NCBI GenBank assembly: GCA_003344405.1
Contig: NOWV01000014.1
Span: 682,001-746,000, forward strand
Source of the DNA: Trichoplax sp. H2
Taxonomy: Eukaryota
Length of the DNA: 64,000 nucleotides
Direction: 5' to 3'
This document shows, piece after piece, positions 42,385 through 55,706 of this stretch (positions are counted from its first letter, which is position 1; each line of letters opens with the position of its first letter). Position numbers and translations under genes: made by a program. Below the pieces are notes generated by a model. The model was not told the origin of the DNA, made no database searches, and saw nothing but the letters and a program-made list of their open reading frames with translations.

Positions 42385-43312
42385 CCTCTGGACGGTTGGT
42401 CTAAATAAATTCACTTCCGTAGTGGCATTTCCACAGACAAAGCTTACAGTCTGAATATAAGATAATTAAAAAATGATGATTTCACAACTATTTGCTAGTA
42501 GTAAATTAACAGGTTGCAAGCTTATTACAGTACAGCTACATTGGGCTATGGCGGAGAGGTAGATACATATGTATATACTGAGGGATAGAGTAGATATTTT
42601 GTAAGTAATTCTCAGATTGACGACGGGAGCTTAAATGCGACGATTCTTGTAGACTACAAATTGGAGTAGAGAACACTCATTTAGTCGGGATGTCTTCCAC
42701 GAGACGCGTAAATAAATTGAGATGTATCTATAAAAATCGATCCCTGCAATATTCTAAGTTGAATCGCGAATTTACGTACATCTTTCGAATGATGGCATTT
42801 CGCATTTACTACTAATCTTAATAATCTTAATAAACCAAATGTGGCATTCTGTGGTAATGTTGAGCGATTATTAATAATAATAGGCAACTAAAGCGCTAAA
42901 ATTTTTTTTACTAATATTATTCCAGAGTTAAAGTAGGTGTAAATTAATTTTAATGGTGATCTTACTGATCTACACATAGGTGCTCACATAACGCAAATCC
43001 TCAATCCTCTAGTCGGTAATATATGTGAAGATGGCTCGCTTTTCACGAGCCACTTTTGACGACAATTTTTTCTCTCAGGTATGATCCGAAGTATTATATG
43101 AATAACAAACGACCGTAGTAGATATGTTGTATGGCAGTAATGTAGTGATCTACCTCATATTTGTACTCTATTGCATTTATAGCACTATTTGATATAGTTA
43201 GGTTTCTGGGAATAGATATTATCGTCATACTAATATTGGATGATTGCTAATTACTATACTAGAAAATTATCGATTACGAATATTTGCCAGTTAACTACTT
43301 ACGGTACAAGAT

Positions 43313-44590
43313 TTATGTGATTAAAGATACTGAAATTGTAAAGATACCCGTACCTTTCGTCGGACAATAGTAGAATAATGATATTTTAAGCAGATTGCCT
43401 TGCCCTGTGAAATACAAAGGTGATCTACATTCGTTTCTTAGTGGAAAATCTTCTGCTTGGTGACTCAATTCTGATTGTATGCAACTTTGTCGTGCTAAAT
43501 AGTTTAAGCGAATTGCTTTTAAGAACCACGGAGATGAGCTCGAAATAGATTTCACTCGAAAAACTTTGGAACAGATTCTTATTAGTATTTAATTACTGCT
43601 CCGCTATTCTGAAATTTTGTAATAAAAACATTTTTCTTAAATTTACTGTTGATAAAGATTATTAATATTGCAGTATTTTGCGAAATGCCCTTATTACAAG
43701 TAAACATAGCAAAGCCCGGTCAAATATTTCCCTGCAACGGATACATTGAAGTAAAGATAAGATTCTCAATGAAATTTATCCGAGTATAACAAGTACGACT
43801 ATATCAGTTCAAAACTGAAGCAAGTAAATTTTTAATATATAGAAGATCTAGTGTGCTTTCACTTTTTGACAATATTTCCGTTTCAGCCTGTCAATGAAAC
43901 TGCTACATGAATTTGAAAATTTCATCCATTGAGATTTTAAAATCAAGTTTTAATGAGGCATGGCAGCAATTTAGGTGGGTTTAGACGTTAAATATCACTT
44001 CTAGAGGTAAATGGGCATCTGAAAATTGTAAAAATATACGAAGATATCTTCGAAGACGATACATTTGTGATTCTCTACGAATTTAAGCGAACATAAATCC
44101 AAATGGTTATTCCATAGCATTGTAAAGCATAGAATAGTTCTACTTCTTCATGTGCATTCAGTTTCTCATCCGTCTACAAAAATTTAGGGGAGAAATAACT
44201 TATTTTATTCATAAGATTAATGAATATACTCTATAATCATGAAGATATAGGTGTCAATTTATCACAATATTGTCCTTTTAGAATACTGTCATGCAGCTGT
44301 CACTTTAAACAATTCTATAAATTTTTAGGCAATCAAATAAAAGCTAGATAATATCGGCAAATACGGCATATTCATCAAAGACCAATAATTGACATATAAA
44401 TCACGTTATTCGCCTACGTTCGATCTGTCGTATGGTAAGGTCATGAAAAATAAATTGCATTCAGCTATTAATGAGTATTCGTTTAATATCATTATTGCGC
44501 CTAACTATACGTTTTACTAATATTGTAGGGCCTGAGTATTCTTCCATAGCCATAATTTCTTAGAAATGACCGGCATTCGTACGGAACTGA
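43313..44590 (-). pseudogene. Probable decayed BACK-domain (BTB-BACK) gene remnant
   Basis: Ordered minus-strand fragments YECRSFLRNY (about 44580), ECNLFFMTLPYDR (about 44460), DEKLNAHEEVELFYAL (about 44170), KFTCFSFELI*SYLLYSDKFH*E (about 43830-43765) and PWFLKAIRLNYL (about 43530) resemble the BACK consensus but contain stops or frame changes. Confidence 0.35.
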
Positions 44591-47500
44591 CCAGATAAAT
44601 TCTTACTCTACGGAGTTTAATGATTAATTTTTATTAGTAAATTCAATGAATTGTTTGATTACGATAGCACACTAGCCTAATAATTTCGATTTGGACTTGC
44701 GAAGTTGATAATCTACATGCATAAAGTAGAAGCGGATTTTTTTTTGTAGTACTATCACGGCCAAACGGAGAGTGGGAGGGAAAAACTATGCCCACCTCTA
44801 GTAATGGATATTAAACGTTTGGTGCTGAAAAGCCCGACTACGCCGAGTTTCGCGGCTAGTACTATAATAAGAAAGAATACAGAACCAGAATGAAAGGCTA
44901 CAGTTTCTTCAAATTCCTCTCTGTCCTATTGTAGCTATCTACATTTACCACTAAGTACTTAGTGTGTTACAAATACCATCAACGCTCATGGTAAGACGAT
45001 TTTGTTTTAGAATCGAATAACTGGACTTGTTAAGAGGGTTTATTATAGAATGTAAGACGAATAGCTATTTAGTTGTAAGAAAATATGCCATAGTTGTAGT
45101 TACCATTAAGTAACCATTATTACAGTTATCATTTAAATTTTAGCCCTGCTATCGTAAGGTTTGATAATAGATAGGCGAATAACTGGGCTCATGCACTCGT
45201 GGAATATACAGCTGGTACTTTTTGTTTATAACTTATTATAACTTATCGCTAAATTAAAGTTGAGCAAATCATGCTAATGTAAATGGCAATGCCCTTATAT
45301 TTGAAATATAAAGAACACATTATAATTGTGATATATTCTAGAATTTTAGAATCTATCAGCGTAGTATCTACTTAAATAGTACTTTGCTAATCCAATATGC
45401 TTATGCACTCATCGAAATTTCCATTGCATATGTAAATACAAAGTGCTAATATAAGTGCCCTCTCAATGATTACGAATTAGATACTGACGACAGTGCCGTA
45501 CTTTACTACGTACTTACTATAGCAGATCTCGAAATTAAAATCATCAGTGTCAGTAAGTATCAAGGTACTTCATAAAAAGTGAATCAAATCAATTTTCCTG
45601 TCGATTGTGCCAATTTTCGAATGAATTGAATCAAGTCTGTATAATACTAGATGTGACTAGTCTCGATCTTGTACCACGTATACTATGTAAGTCATAGACT
45701 AGTAGATAGATAATAAGCACACACTTAGTGGTGTATATGTTACTACAGATTTCAACTAAGAAATCAGCTTAATACTGACTTGTGAAAATGCTTCTTCGTA
45801 ATGATCTATTTTAAAATTGATCCCATTATACAGTTTATCTCTATAATCTGAAGGACATTTATAATTGAAAAATCAGCTGATAATCAATCATTCAAAACGT
45901 ATATTTTAAACATATTTATTCAATTTTGCTGAAAAATTTTTCAACTCCATATAATGGCAATCATTCATAATGCTTCAATTTTAATAAAATGTTTTACATT
46001 TAGATTGTCGCTACTATAAATTCAATAAATGAAATAAATTTATTCTACCATAGTTTGAGGTTGGACCATGATTACAGAAATACCTATCGACTATGATGTA
46101 GACTGTTAAGTTGTAAAAGTAAAAGGATGTAATCTGTCTTCCAGATTATACTATATAGTATTTGTTTAATACATATTTTTTGCAAAAGCGTTTATCGAAA
46201 TTTCTTGTTGTACATCATACTGTACTGTAACAGTTAGAATAAATGCTCAGTATTTGCAACTAATGTTGGAACTATTGCAAAATTGCGATAGAAATCGTGA
46301 TATCTTACTTAAACTAACGGCATGGAACTATTAAATGGCGAGTATACATGTTATGGTAATTAAAGAGCGATAATTCATTTCCGTATAAAACTCTTATTAA
46401 TTTACTAAAAATTATACTGCATCCGTGTAATGTATATGTTATACTTAACCAATTTTAACTTTTAATCAATGTTATGCTTCATGTTCAGACATGATAGAAT
46501 TTTAAATTTATTAATTTAACAGTAAAACAAACGTAACACCTGTTACTGTTATTTTTTTCAAAGCGTTATTCATATTTTAGGCATAGTAGAAATTTTATGT
46601 ACATTTAATCTTATTTATAAAGTAATTATAGTATACTTTTCCAAAATGTCGCAATATCTACAACGTTTACCGTGCAATACTTCATCCTATCTGTGAATCT
46701 AAATTAACTAGAATATTGCTTTCTGGTCATATAACATTTAAAACACATTATGGAATCATGACATCGTTAGCAGTACTTTCAAGCACATACTAGAAACATT
46801 TCATTAGATAGTTGTAATACTTCAATATTGCGTCAAGGTATGCGGCGATTTTATTATACGTACACATGTTTATGGCATGTGCTACATGCTATATATTGAA
46901 TGACGAAAAAATCTCACATCATGATATTGTGTAAGCTATCAGAGCAGACCAAAAAGAATCAATTTTGGCTATAACCAATGATTACAATTAGCAAATCAAG
47001 ATTTGTATCGCCAGAGTATGCTTAATACATTAAATCTGAGTTGGATTAAAATTTGCTTTGTAATACTGAACTTGTCAGTGTGAGCTACAGCTGCTACAAA
47101 AGATGAAAGCAAATACCATGCAAATATTACATTCAAATACCTATTCGATAGGACACATTAGTATTACTGTATAGTATTTTAATTCTCGTTTTCAAATAAA
47201 TCATCTCCTCATTAAAATAGTTCGCTCGTGTACCGACTATTTATTACAATAAAGTATCATAAAATTATGAGCATGCAGCGGCATGTAAATAAATTGGAAA
47301 TTAATTGTCGGTAATCATGCATCATTAGATAAACATGATATGACTTTTACGTAGGCTGCTCTAAATATCATTATCGCCGCTATTTCACTATTATACTAAC
47401 TTGAATATTCACGTACAGTAGTTATAAAATTTTAGTGATAATCTTTCAACATTCTACACGCTTCGAACCATTAAAGAGTAACAATTTAATATTAAAATGT

Positions 47501-50500
47501 GGGGCCTATTTAACAGCTGATTTTCTATACACGAAATTTATTATTTACATAGATAATATTTGATACTATTACGGGATGAGCATCACTATTAAAATAATAG
47601 CGCGTGCTTTTTTATTGAATTTAACCAATCCAATCTGTAAACAGTACTTGCATGTAACGGTTTATTCCGATTATTTAACATATCACGACCGGTAACAGTC
47701 AGCGTGATATTTATAGCTTCCAATCGATCGTCAAGTATTTCATGAATTTAAAGGGAAAAGAAAAGTTAATTGCATAATCCACTACTACTGATAAGGTCAT
47801 AGATGCATTTGTGAACATAATGTATGGTACCGATAGTTCGTACGAGTATTGAGATGAATATGATATCGTTTTATTTATATCATGATAGTATATTGCATAT
47901 ATAATATATTACGAAAAGTCATTTTAATATATTAGAAGACTTTTCAAATAAAAATTATATTTACCGTACTGAGTAAGGAACGACAGATTTGGTTTGTTAT
48001 CATTGTATGAACGAACGCAATATGTCCATAAAACAGTCAAGCAGGTGCCGGTACCAGTCAGCGATTTCACGCTATAAAATGTTTATACTTGCTACTATTT
48101 CAATAAGATTCTTTCAGAAGTAACTTAAGAAGTGTATACCAGCATGGAAGTGAAATTCTAATAGCAAATTATACGTCTGATTATAATTTAATCAATAAAG
48201 CTCTAGCAGTCAATGCTATCGAGATCTGTCCCTTCTCGACTTTGCTTCTGCTAAGGCTAAAGTATAATACGTGACACTGTCCATAAATCAGCAAGTAGAT
48301 ACAAATTTTAAGGTGGAGTTAACTGTTCTATAATAAAAATCAGCGGAAAGTCCTTTTAATTTAAAAATAGACACGTAATGCATAATTAAATAGCAGCTGT
48401 GAGGAGCGTAAATAAATGCATATGTTACTTATGGTGTCTAAATTTATAGTATATTACTTGTATGATGATAAAAACGGCAAAGATTTGCGAAAAGTATTCT
48501 GTGTTCATGGCGGAATAAATTGCTTAGTTCTCGAGTGCATACTGTACTTGTGTTCAAGCCTAACATAATTTAGCATCAATTAAGTTGTTAAGATCTTAAA
48601 GTCATAAATGTATTGCAATACTTGATAGGCTTAATAAACGCTGCATTACTGTATGCCCAAATTTGCCCCTATAGCTTTATAACTGATATAATAAAGCAGA
48701 TAAGATAGTTAATAGGGCCATCTGTTGACTGTGATTGCACTCTGTATTTGAAATATCAGTGCATTTACTTTAATTCTCATAGTATCAATTTCTGTGCTAC
48801 ATATTTATAATATCTATACGAGGAATCTTCTCATTTTGCAAACGTTATAAATCTATTCGATCTATAGATTTGTTTAAATTTGTGTAATTTTTTTTATTGT
48901 ACGTTAATAATTTGCAAATTTTATAAAATTCAAAAGTACGTACGAGTAATTGAGAATAGGCAATAATTTTGCACTGTAGACTATGGGATAAATCGAATAA
49001 TTCCATCGTTATGTGAGCCTTTCAGGTGTACCAAATATGAAACGTAAATTAAATAGGATTATTTATATGACTGGCCAGATAACATTTAATTGCACAATTA
49101 CGCCTATTTCCTTTTATTACTTAAATTGCGAAAAGTACTGCATGATTAAATACAACGATAACTTTAACCTATTGATATACGCGTCTAGTCTAGAAAGGTC
49201 ATTCGAAAGCATTATTTCGATACACTGTGTTAATGTGCTGGAAATGTAAATACTTTCTATTTAAGGTGCAATCTGATATACTGTAGTTCCTATAGTCAGT
49301 ATTAACACTTAACTAGTAAAATACGCTAGTGTTGATTAATTTTATTTTATAGTCTATCGCATATATTAGTAAATAAGCATACAATGTAAGACCAACGGCG
49401 ATAGAATTTTCTTTCGCTTATTGACTAGTAATTTTTACCTGTTAGATGACACCTAAATCGGAGATAATAATATAATTGTTCTTATTGGTTGAATACCAGT
49501 TCGAACAGCAGCTTTATATTTACAGCTTGCGCGATCAACTATCTGGAGCTCTTGTCAATAAAATCTAGTCCATCAATTAACGTAGTTCAAGCTAGTCTAG
49601 TTCAATCATAATTAGACGATAATATTAACAGACGACTAAATGATCATGCCATAAATCTAAAAGTCTGCTGTCAATATAAATAAACACATACGAAATCTTT
49701 AAATATTTTACAATGAACTCCGCCTTTTACAAAATTTAAGACTGCTATTGAAAAATTTTAACTATTAAAGTCCACTACAGTTAATACTAACTCAATATAC
49801 ATCTTTATCTTAAATAATCATGTATTGGATATTTGGGTAACTTTAACAGTTTATTTTAAATATTACTGGAGGGGCGATATGCAACCTATACGATACGACT
49901 GCTAGTATCGAAATTTAAGAGGTACCATATCTAGACTATTTAATTCGCACAAATCCTGAAAGTGGAGGTGGAGTACATGTAATATTTGCGTATGTAACTT
50001 TTAATAGCTTTAAAGTTCAATATCAGATACGAGTATATCTAATATCATGAACTTGTAACCTATTGCATGCACGTACAACTACGTAGGTAGTTGTAGCTAG
50101 AGTGCTTCCTTGAATCAGCCCATTTTTTTTTTATCTTCCACTTTAGTTAAATACGAGCATATATTTACTGAGAAGCCCATTGCTTTCATGAGCAGTTTGG
50201 CCATATGGTACTATCTTTTTTTATTCTCTTGATGATTAGGTAATATACTTATTTGAGAAAAGAAAGGAAGTGGATTATCATTATAATAAGATAGATTATC
50301 ATTCTTGATATGGTAGCATCCAAATTGCAATTCGATATTGCAGTAATTATTGACACACTAGATACTCGTACGGATAATTACTTGGTAGGTATTTACCAAT
50401 TTTAATCTGTATGTATCCACATAATGTCATTAAAGGTACAAATTTGGTACACATTTATAATTTGTACCTATTTAAATCTGCTTAAAGTAGATAAATTGGG

Positions 50501-52163
50501 GTCAAATAGATCAAATCGAATTCTAATTTAAAAGACTGTTAATCCTTCCAGTGAATAGACTGGCATATGTGATCGGTGTCGATTTTGGTTCTTTATTATG
50601 ATACACAATCACTAGCTTGCTGATTTCTAAACTGAGAGCATTTTATAAGAGGTAAAAAAAGGAAAGCGTTGATTGCATCTCGTGGACGCGTACTCAAATC
50701 ATTTTCTTCTAACAAGCACATTGTAGCTTGGCTTACTTTCTATCTGTGGGAAAGTTGAAAGAAGCATTAAGATTGAATCATTACCGGTAACAAGGGGGCT
50801 GTAACTATTTTGTTACAATGTAGAACTTCATTGTCGAAGACTGGTATATAATTCATGATAGCTATTTGCATTTTGCACCATCGTATGACAATGTCTATTG
50901 AGCCATTCAGCGAACTTGCGATAACTGCAATGCCATCTGAGCCTCAATTGCCTGCTCTGCATTCTACAATATAAATATGGACTCTTGCAAATGGTATCCA
51001 TTCGTATTTGTTGTATTTATACAGTATACAGTAAGTTAAACGTGTACCAATCTCGATGTCCTGTCGATTGTACTGCAGAGGTAGGCGAATTCTTTTACTG
51101 TAGGTTAAAGTCCCTGTCCTTATTTCAGGACTTTACCATAAATAAGAGGACACACCTCAATTGGATGTCTATAGTCCAAGAAAGACATGAGATGTTAATT
51201 GTATGCCCGTATGCGGTTAAGAAAGGTCTAAATTGACCAAGTTAATCTTCAATCGTGATGTAATTAAGAAACTACGGGTAAAATGAATCATTCTTAGTCT
51301 ATATGATAGCCATATCCAAATTAGTCATTTAATTTTTCCTTGCATAAGGTAAATGCCAATTTTGGTTGATATTCATTATTATTGATTTATTTGATTTGTT
51401 TATTTATTTTCATTTATGGACCGACTTTAAATATGACACTTTCCGTAGCGGGGTAAATTACTACCTAAATAATTGTGATTTATTAGGCCAGTGCCTTTCA
51501 CCGTTGAATCGGCGATTGAGGTTGACCGGGACAGTACGGGCGTGCAAAAGTGTTCTCAGTATCAAGGTTGACATGAATGTTGACATTGCTATGCTAATGT
51601 ATGAATGGCATGCCATCAGTCAGTCGAATCATTGTTTCTTTTTGAATTTAGTTCATTTTCTGACATTGAAATATATTGGTAAGTAAACTGTTGGCCGTTT
51701 GGGGCTTGATAGGAGGTATGATTTAGACAGATGGCCTAACCTTATGGACAGTTTCAGTACTACTCTATCCAGTCGGCGTCCAAAATGCAAATCAATCCAT
51801 CAACAATCTATTACGCCGCCATCCTGTACTGTACTTTACACTCTATAGTACTGTATAGCAGAGTACAGGATGTTGACTAATGCTGCTGGTATTTTGGATC
51901 GATTGCATTGCCTATTTGCACTAGGGGAGCTGGGTTGTTCAACTTGTGCTTTGACGGATAGAAAGGTTAGACACTTGCTTGCAATGTCTTTCCAGAGGAT
52001 AGCACTCGTAGGATTGTGTTTTGATCGAGTACTGGGCCGGTCCATTGTAGAGTAAAGTCAAACTTGCACCTTTTCTTGCCCCAAAAAAAGATCGACAACT
52101 GTGCCCCCCTCCCCCATAAACCGGATTGGGGACTTGTCAGGTTCACTTCCCACTGGAGTTAAG

Positions 52164-52334
52164 GGTACAGTACGTACTGTACCGTACAGTACAGTGTATT
52201 CTGTGCAATTTCCACGGGTTTGGCTAGTGAACAGTACAGTACAGTACTGTACCATGTACAGTACAGTACTGTACCATGTACAGTACATTGTGCACGGTAC
52301 TGTAGATCCTGTACCGTACCGTGCCGTACCGTGC
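52164..52334. repeat. TA-CNG pentamer island upstream of the SLC34 gene, with a 22-bp direct repeat
   Basis: tacagtacgtactgta palindrome; (acagtacagtactgtaccatgt)x2; gtaccgtaccgtgccgtaccgtg. Confidence 0.85.
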
Positions 52335-52745
52335 GTGGATGAAGTTGACGGCAGATGCAGTCACTAGGAAAACTTTCCTACCCGACCGTACGCCAAGTGT
52401 CAATCACTTACGATCGCCTTGAATACTGTACATACATTAAGGTACGTTTTAATGGATTGAACAAAAGCATCGATTACTAAACCGATTGCTGAATGGCTAA
52501 TGAGCACGTGTATGTACACAAGCATAGTATACACAGTAACTTGGTGATGATTGGATAACAGGCTCTTGCCGGCAGACATCATCATGTATAAAAAGAATGC
52601 AAAACCAGGTTGAGTCCATTCGACACTTTTTTGATGCGCGGTATTTTTCTACCTGCTGCTGTAAGCTGAAGATTGCTGACTCCTTTTTTTGAGGGCTTGC
52701 TCAACTTTTCTCATCTCCGAACGTTGAAATTGATAATCGATACAA

Positions 52746-55706
52746 ATGTTGCTAGAAGGCGCGGAAGTCGATGGTAAGAAGGCAAAAAATGGAACTGAAG
52801 TCAAATTAGACGTAGCCGAGACGGATATCGTCCTCAAAGTAAGTTTTCTAACAATCAATCAATCAATCTGTGTTGAATCCGACGAGCACAAGGTCGACTT
52901 GTACCGACCCATTGATGCCTCGACCAATGACGATACAAACGTCTCCAATCAATCATCTGTACTGTAGTTTAGTACTGTACACTGTACAGTATGGACTGTT
53001 GAGGTCAAGCGTACAGTAGTTTCCAACGTTTACACAGTGCCGCTACTGAACAAGACGCATGTTCTCCATGGAAACTTGTCTTGTACAAGGCATTTGCAAT
53101 GGAAGTAGCAAACTCTCACTCTCTCTCTCTCTTTAGGGACCATGTCGTGATGATAGATAGATAGATTGACCATCGCAGCGTGCAATATTATTTTTACACT
53201 ATCTAGTCTATTTTGTAGTGTGCTACCATTGGTTTGTCAGTTGGCAAGTGTGCTCTACTCAATCAATAAATAATTCATGATTGACAGTAATTCATGAATA
53301 TGGAAGACTGGTATTTAGTACAGATGAAAGTGGATACTTTCTGAAATTATGAAACTACTGCTACTGCTGCTAGTTAGGAATGGCATGATTTAAATATCCA
53401 ATAGCATTGCTTGACCTTGTTGATCTGGATGTGTGTTAAATAACCTCCCTGTATGCACGTTACCATCAACCCTAATATAGTTGGATCATGGGGAGGTGAA
53501 ACGCTATTCATGCTTGTAGAGTGGCGTTTCGTTGGCCATCAAGGAGCATAAGACTATGCCACCATGATGACACCGCGTCTTTCAGTAGTGTTTGAATTTG
53601 AAAATGATACATATGATATGGCCAGAACATGACCTGGCTTCGATTTTCTGACCTATATAAATTGTTTGTATTCTGAATAGACCAATGATAACAATAGAAA
53701 CTTGATCAAAAATGACGAAAAGGAAGAAAAAGAATACGATCCATGGCAAGCACCTGAATTAGTTGACAACTCTCCAGCATGGGCAGGTATGCTAACGTTA
53801 GCAATCGACAGTATTGTAAAGTATTACTGAAATATTTTCAATTGAAAAATTGTTTTTGACAACCGTACGCCTATTAATGAATTATTGATTGGCGGCACAT
53901 AAAGTAAGACGCTTGCTCAAAACCCTTGCTAACCAGTCAATACTGATATCGGTGCATGTTTTTAATCCTTTTAAATAGAACTCAACGGCAAGGAGAAACT
54001 GCAAAGAGTTGGATACCTCTTGTTACGATTTGTTGTGATCCTTGGCAGTCTCTACCTGTTCATTTGCTCGCTTAGCTTGTTGTCTGATGCTTTCAGACTG
54101 CTAGGTGGTAAAGCAGCTGGGGAAGCGTTAGATGAAGAAGGAATTGTTGCCAATCCCATTGCTGGTCTCATGCTTGGTGTACTCGTAACCGTCTTGGTGC
54201 AAAGTTCTTCAACATCTACCTCTATTATTGTTACCATGGTCGGCGCTGACAGTAAGTTTTGATAGTTTATATTTTTACCAAATATTATTAGTGATGAAGA
54301 TGATAGGCGATGTCGCAATAGCAATAGTAATCTAATAATGTGTATCTTCACAATTAGTTTTGACTGTGCAACATGCTGTCCCTATTATCATGGGTGCCAA
54401 CATCGGTACATCTGTTACCAATACAATAGTATCGTTTGCTCAATCACCAAACCGTGATGAATTTCGCCGTGCTTTTGGCGGTGCCACCGTCCATGACATG
54501 TTTAATTGGTTAAGTGTCATTGTGCTATTGCCTATTGAAATAATTACCCATTACCTATATTGGTTATCACATGCTTTGACAGGAAATATTAAAGGAGACA
54601 GTTCCGCTAACCAGGACTTACTAAAAGCTCTTACTAGCCCCTTTACTAATCTCATCATTCAACTCGATAAAAAAGTAATTACAAACATTGCACTAGGAAA
54701 GGAAGAATATCTTAATAAAAGCTTAATAAAGGCGAGCTGTGGTTCTACTATAAACATTGTTCCAACAAATATGTCTGTGATACAAAACGTAACCGACCCT
54801 AGTACCGGAGCAATCACCTTGGATACGACTTATGAAATAGTCAATATTAGCAACATTGACAAAAAACCATGTCATTTTCTTTTTGCCAATACTGGAATGA
54901 GTGATCCTGTTGTTGGAATTATTTTGTTGTTTATGTCGATTGTTGTATTATGTGGTTGCCTCATTATGCTTGTAAAATGTTTACAAGCCTTATTGAAAGG
55001 ACATGTAGCCAAAATTATCAAGAGGACCATTAATTCTGATTTCCCCGGTAGATGGAGTGTTTTGACTGGCTATGTGTTCATGTTAGTAGGTGCAGGTGTC
55101 ACTATCATTGTTCAATCGTCGTCAGTATTCACGTCGACGTTAACTCCTCTGGTAGGTATTGGAGTTATAGAATTGGAAAGAATGTATCCATTGACATTGG
55201 GATCAAATATCGGTACAACGACAACTGGTATCCTTGCAGCTTTGGCTAGTAAAGTCGGCCTTCATAATGCCATGCAAATTGCTATTTGCCATCTCTTTTT
55301 TAACATCTCTGGAATTCTGGTATGGTATCCGATACCTTTCATGAGAAAGATTCCGGTAAAGATGGCAAGGTTTATGGGCAATACTACCGCCAAATATCGT
55401 TGGTTTGCCGTAGCTTACCTAATTTTCGCCTTCTTTATCATCCCTGGTACTATTCTTGGATTATCTTTAGCTGGCTGGTATGTGCTGTTGGCTGTCGGTG
55501 GCCCAGTGGTGCTCCTATTAATAGCAATATTAATCATAAATGTTCTACAACAGCGAAGGCCAAAAGTCCTTCCAAAAAAACTACGCACATGGGAATGGGC
55601 ACCGATTTGGCTAAAATCGCTGGAGCCTTACGATAAATTGCTTGGTCGTCTTTGCTTCTGCTGTAAATATCGATCTGGCAAGCCTGAGCCTGAAACAAAC
55701 TGTTAA
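52746..55706 (+). CDS. SLC34A: Sodium-dependent phosphate cotransporter, SLC34/NaPi-II family (IIb-like)
   Basis: Exons 52746-52838, 53681-53786, 53979-54251, 54358-55706. Motifs DPW..W, LYLFICSLSLLSDAF, two QSSS motifs (LVQSSSTSTSIIV, IVQSSSVFTS), IIMGANIGTS, LGSNIGTT, and a C-terminal Cys cluster LCFCC. Confidence 0.96.
53113..53167. repeat. Short (CT)n and (GATA)n microsatellites in SLC34 intron 1
   Basis: ctctcactctctctctct and gatagatagatagat. Confidence 0.7.

Noticed and set aside
52505-52510. CACGTG upstream of the phosphate transporter as a Pho4-like site
   Set aside because: It is a single common hexamer, and the Pho4 regulon is fungal.
51836-52585. Cluster of overlapping ORFs rich in Y/S/T/V (also 31428-31643 and 57537-57879)
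   Set aside because: Most are translations of stop-poor GTAC pentamer islands and GC-richer promoter DNA.
54052-55636. Alternative-frame and antisense ORFs within SLC34 (also 5754-5984 in SLC46 and 58840-59273 in PPCS)
   Set aside because: These are shadow ORFs overlapping well-supported genes.
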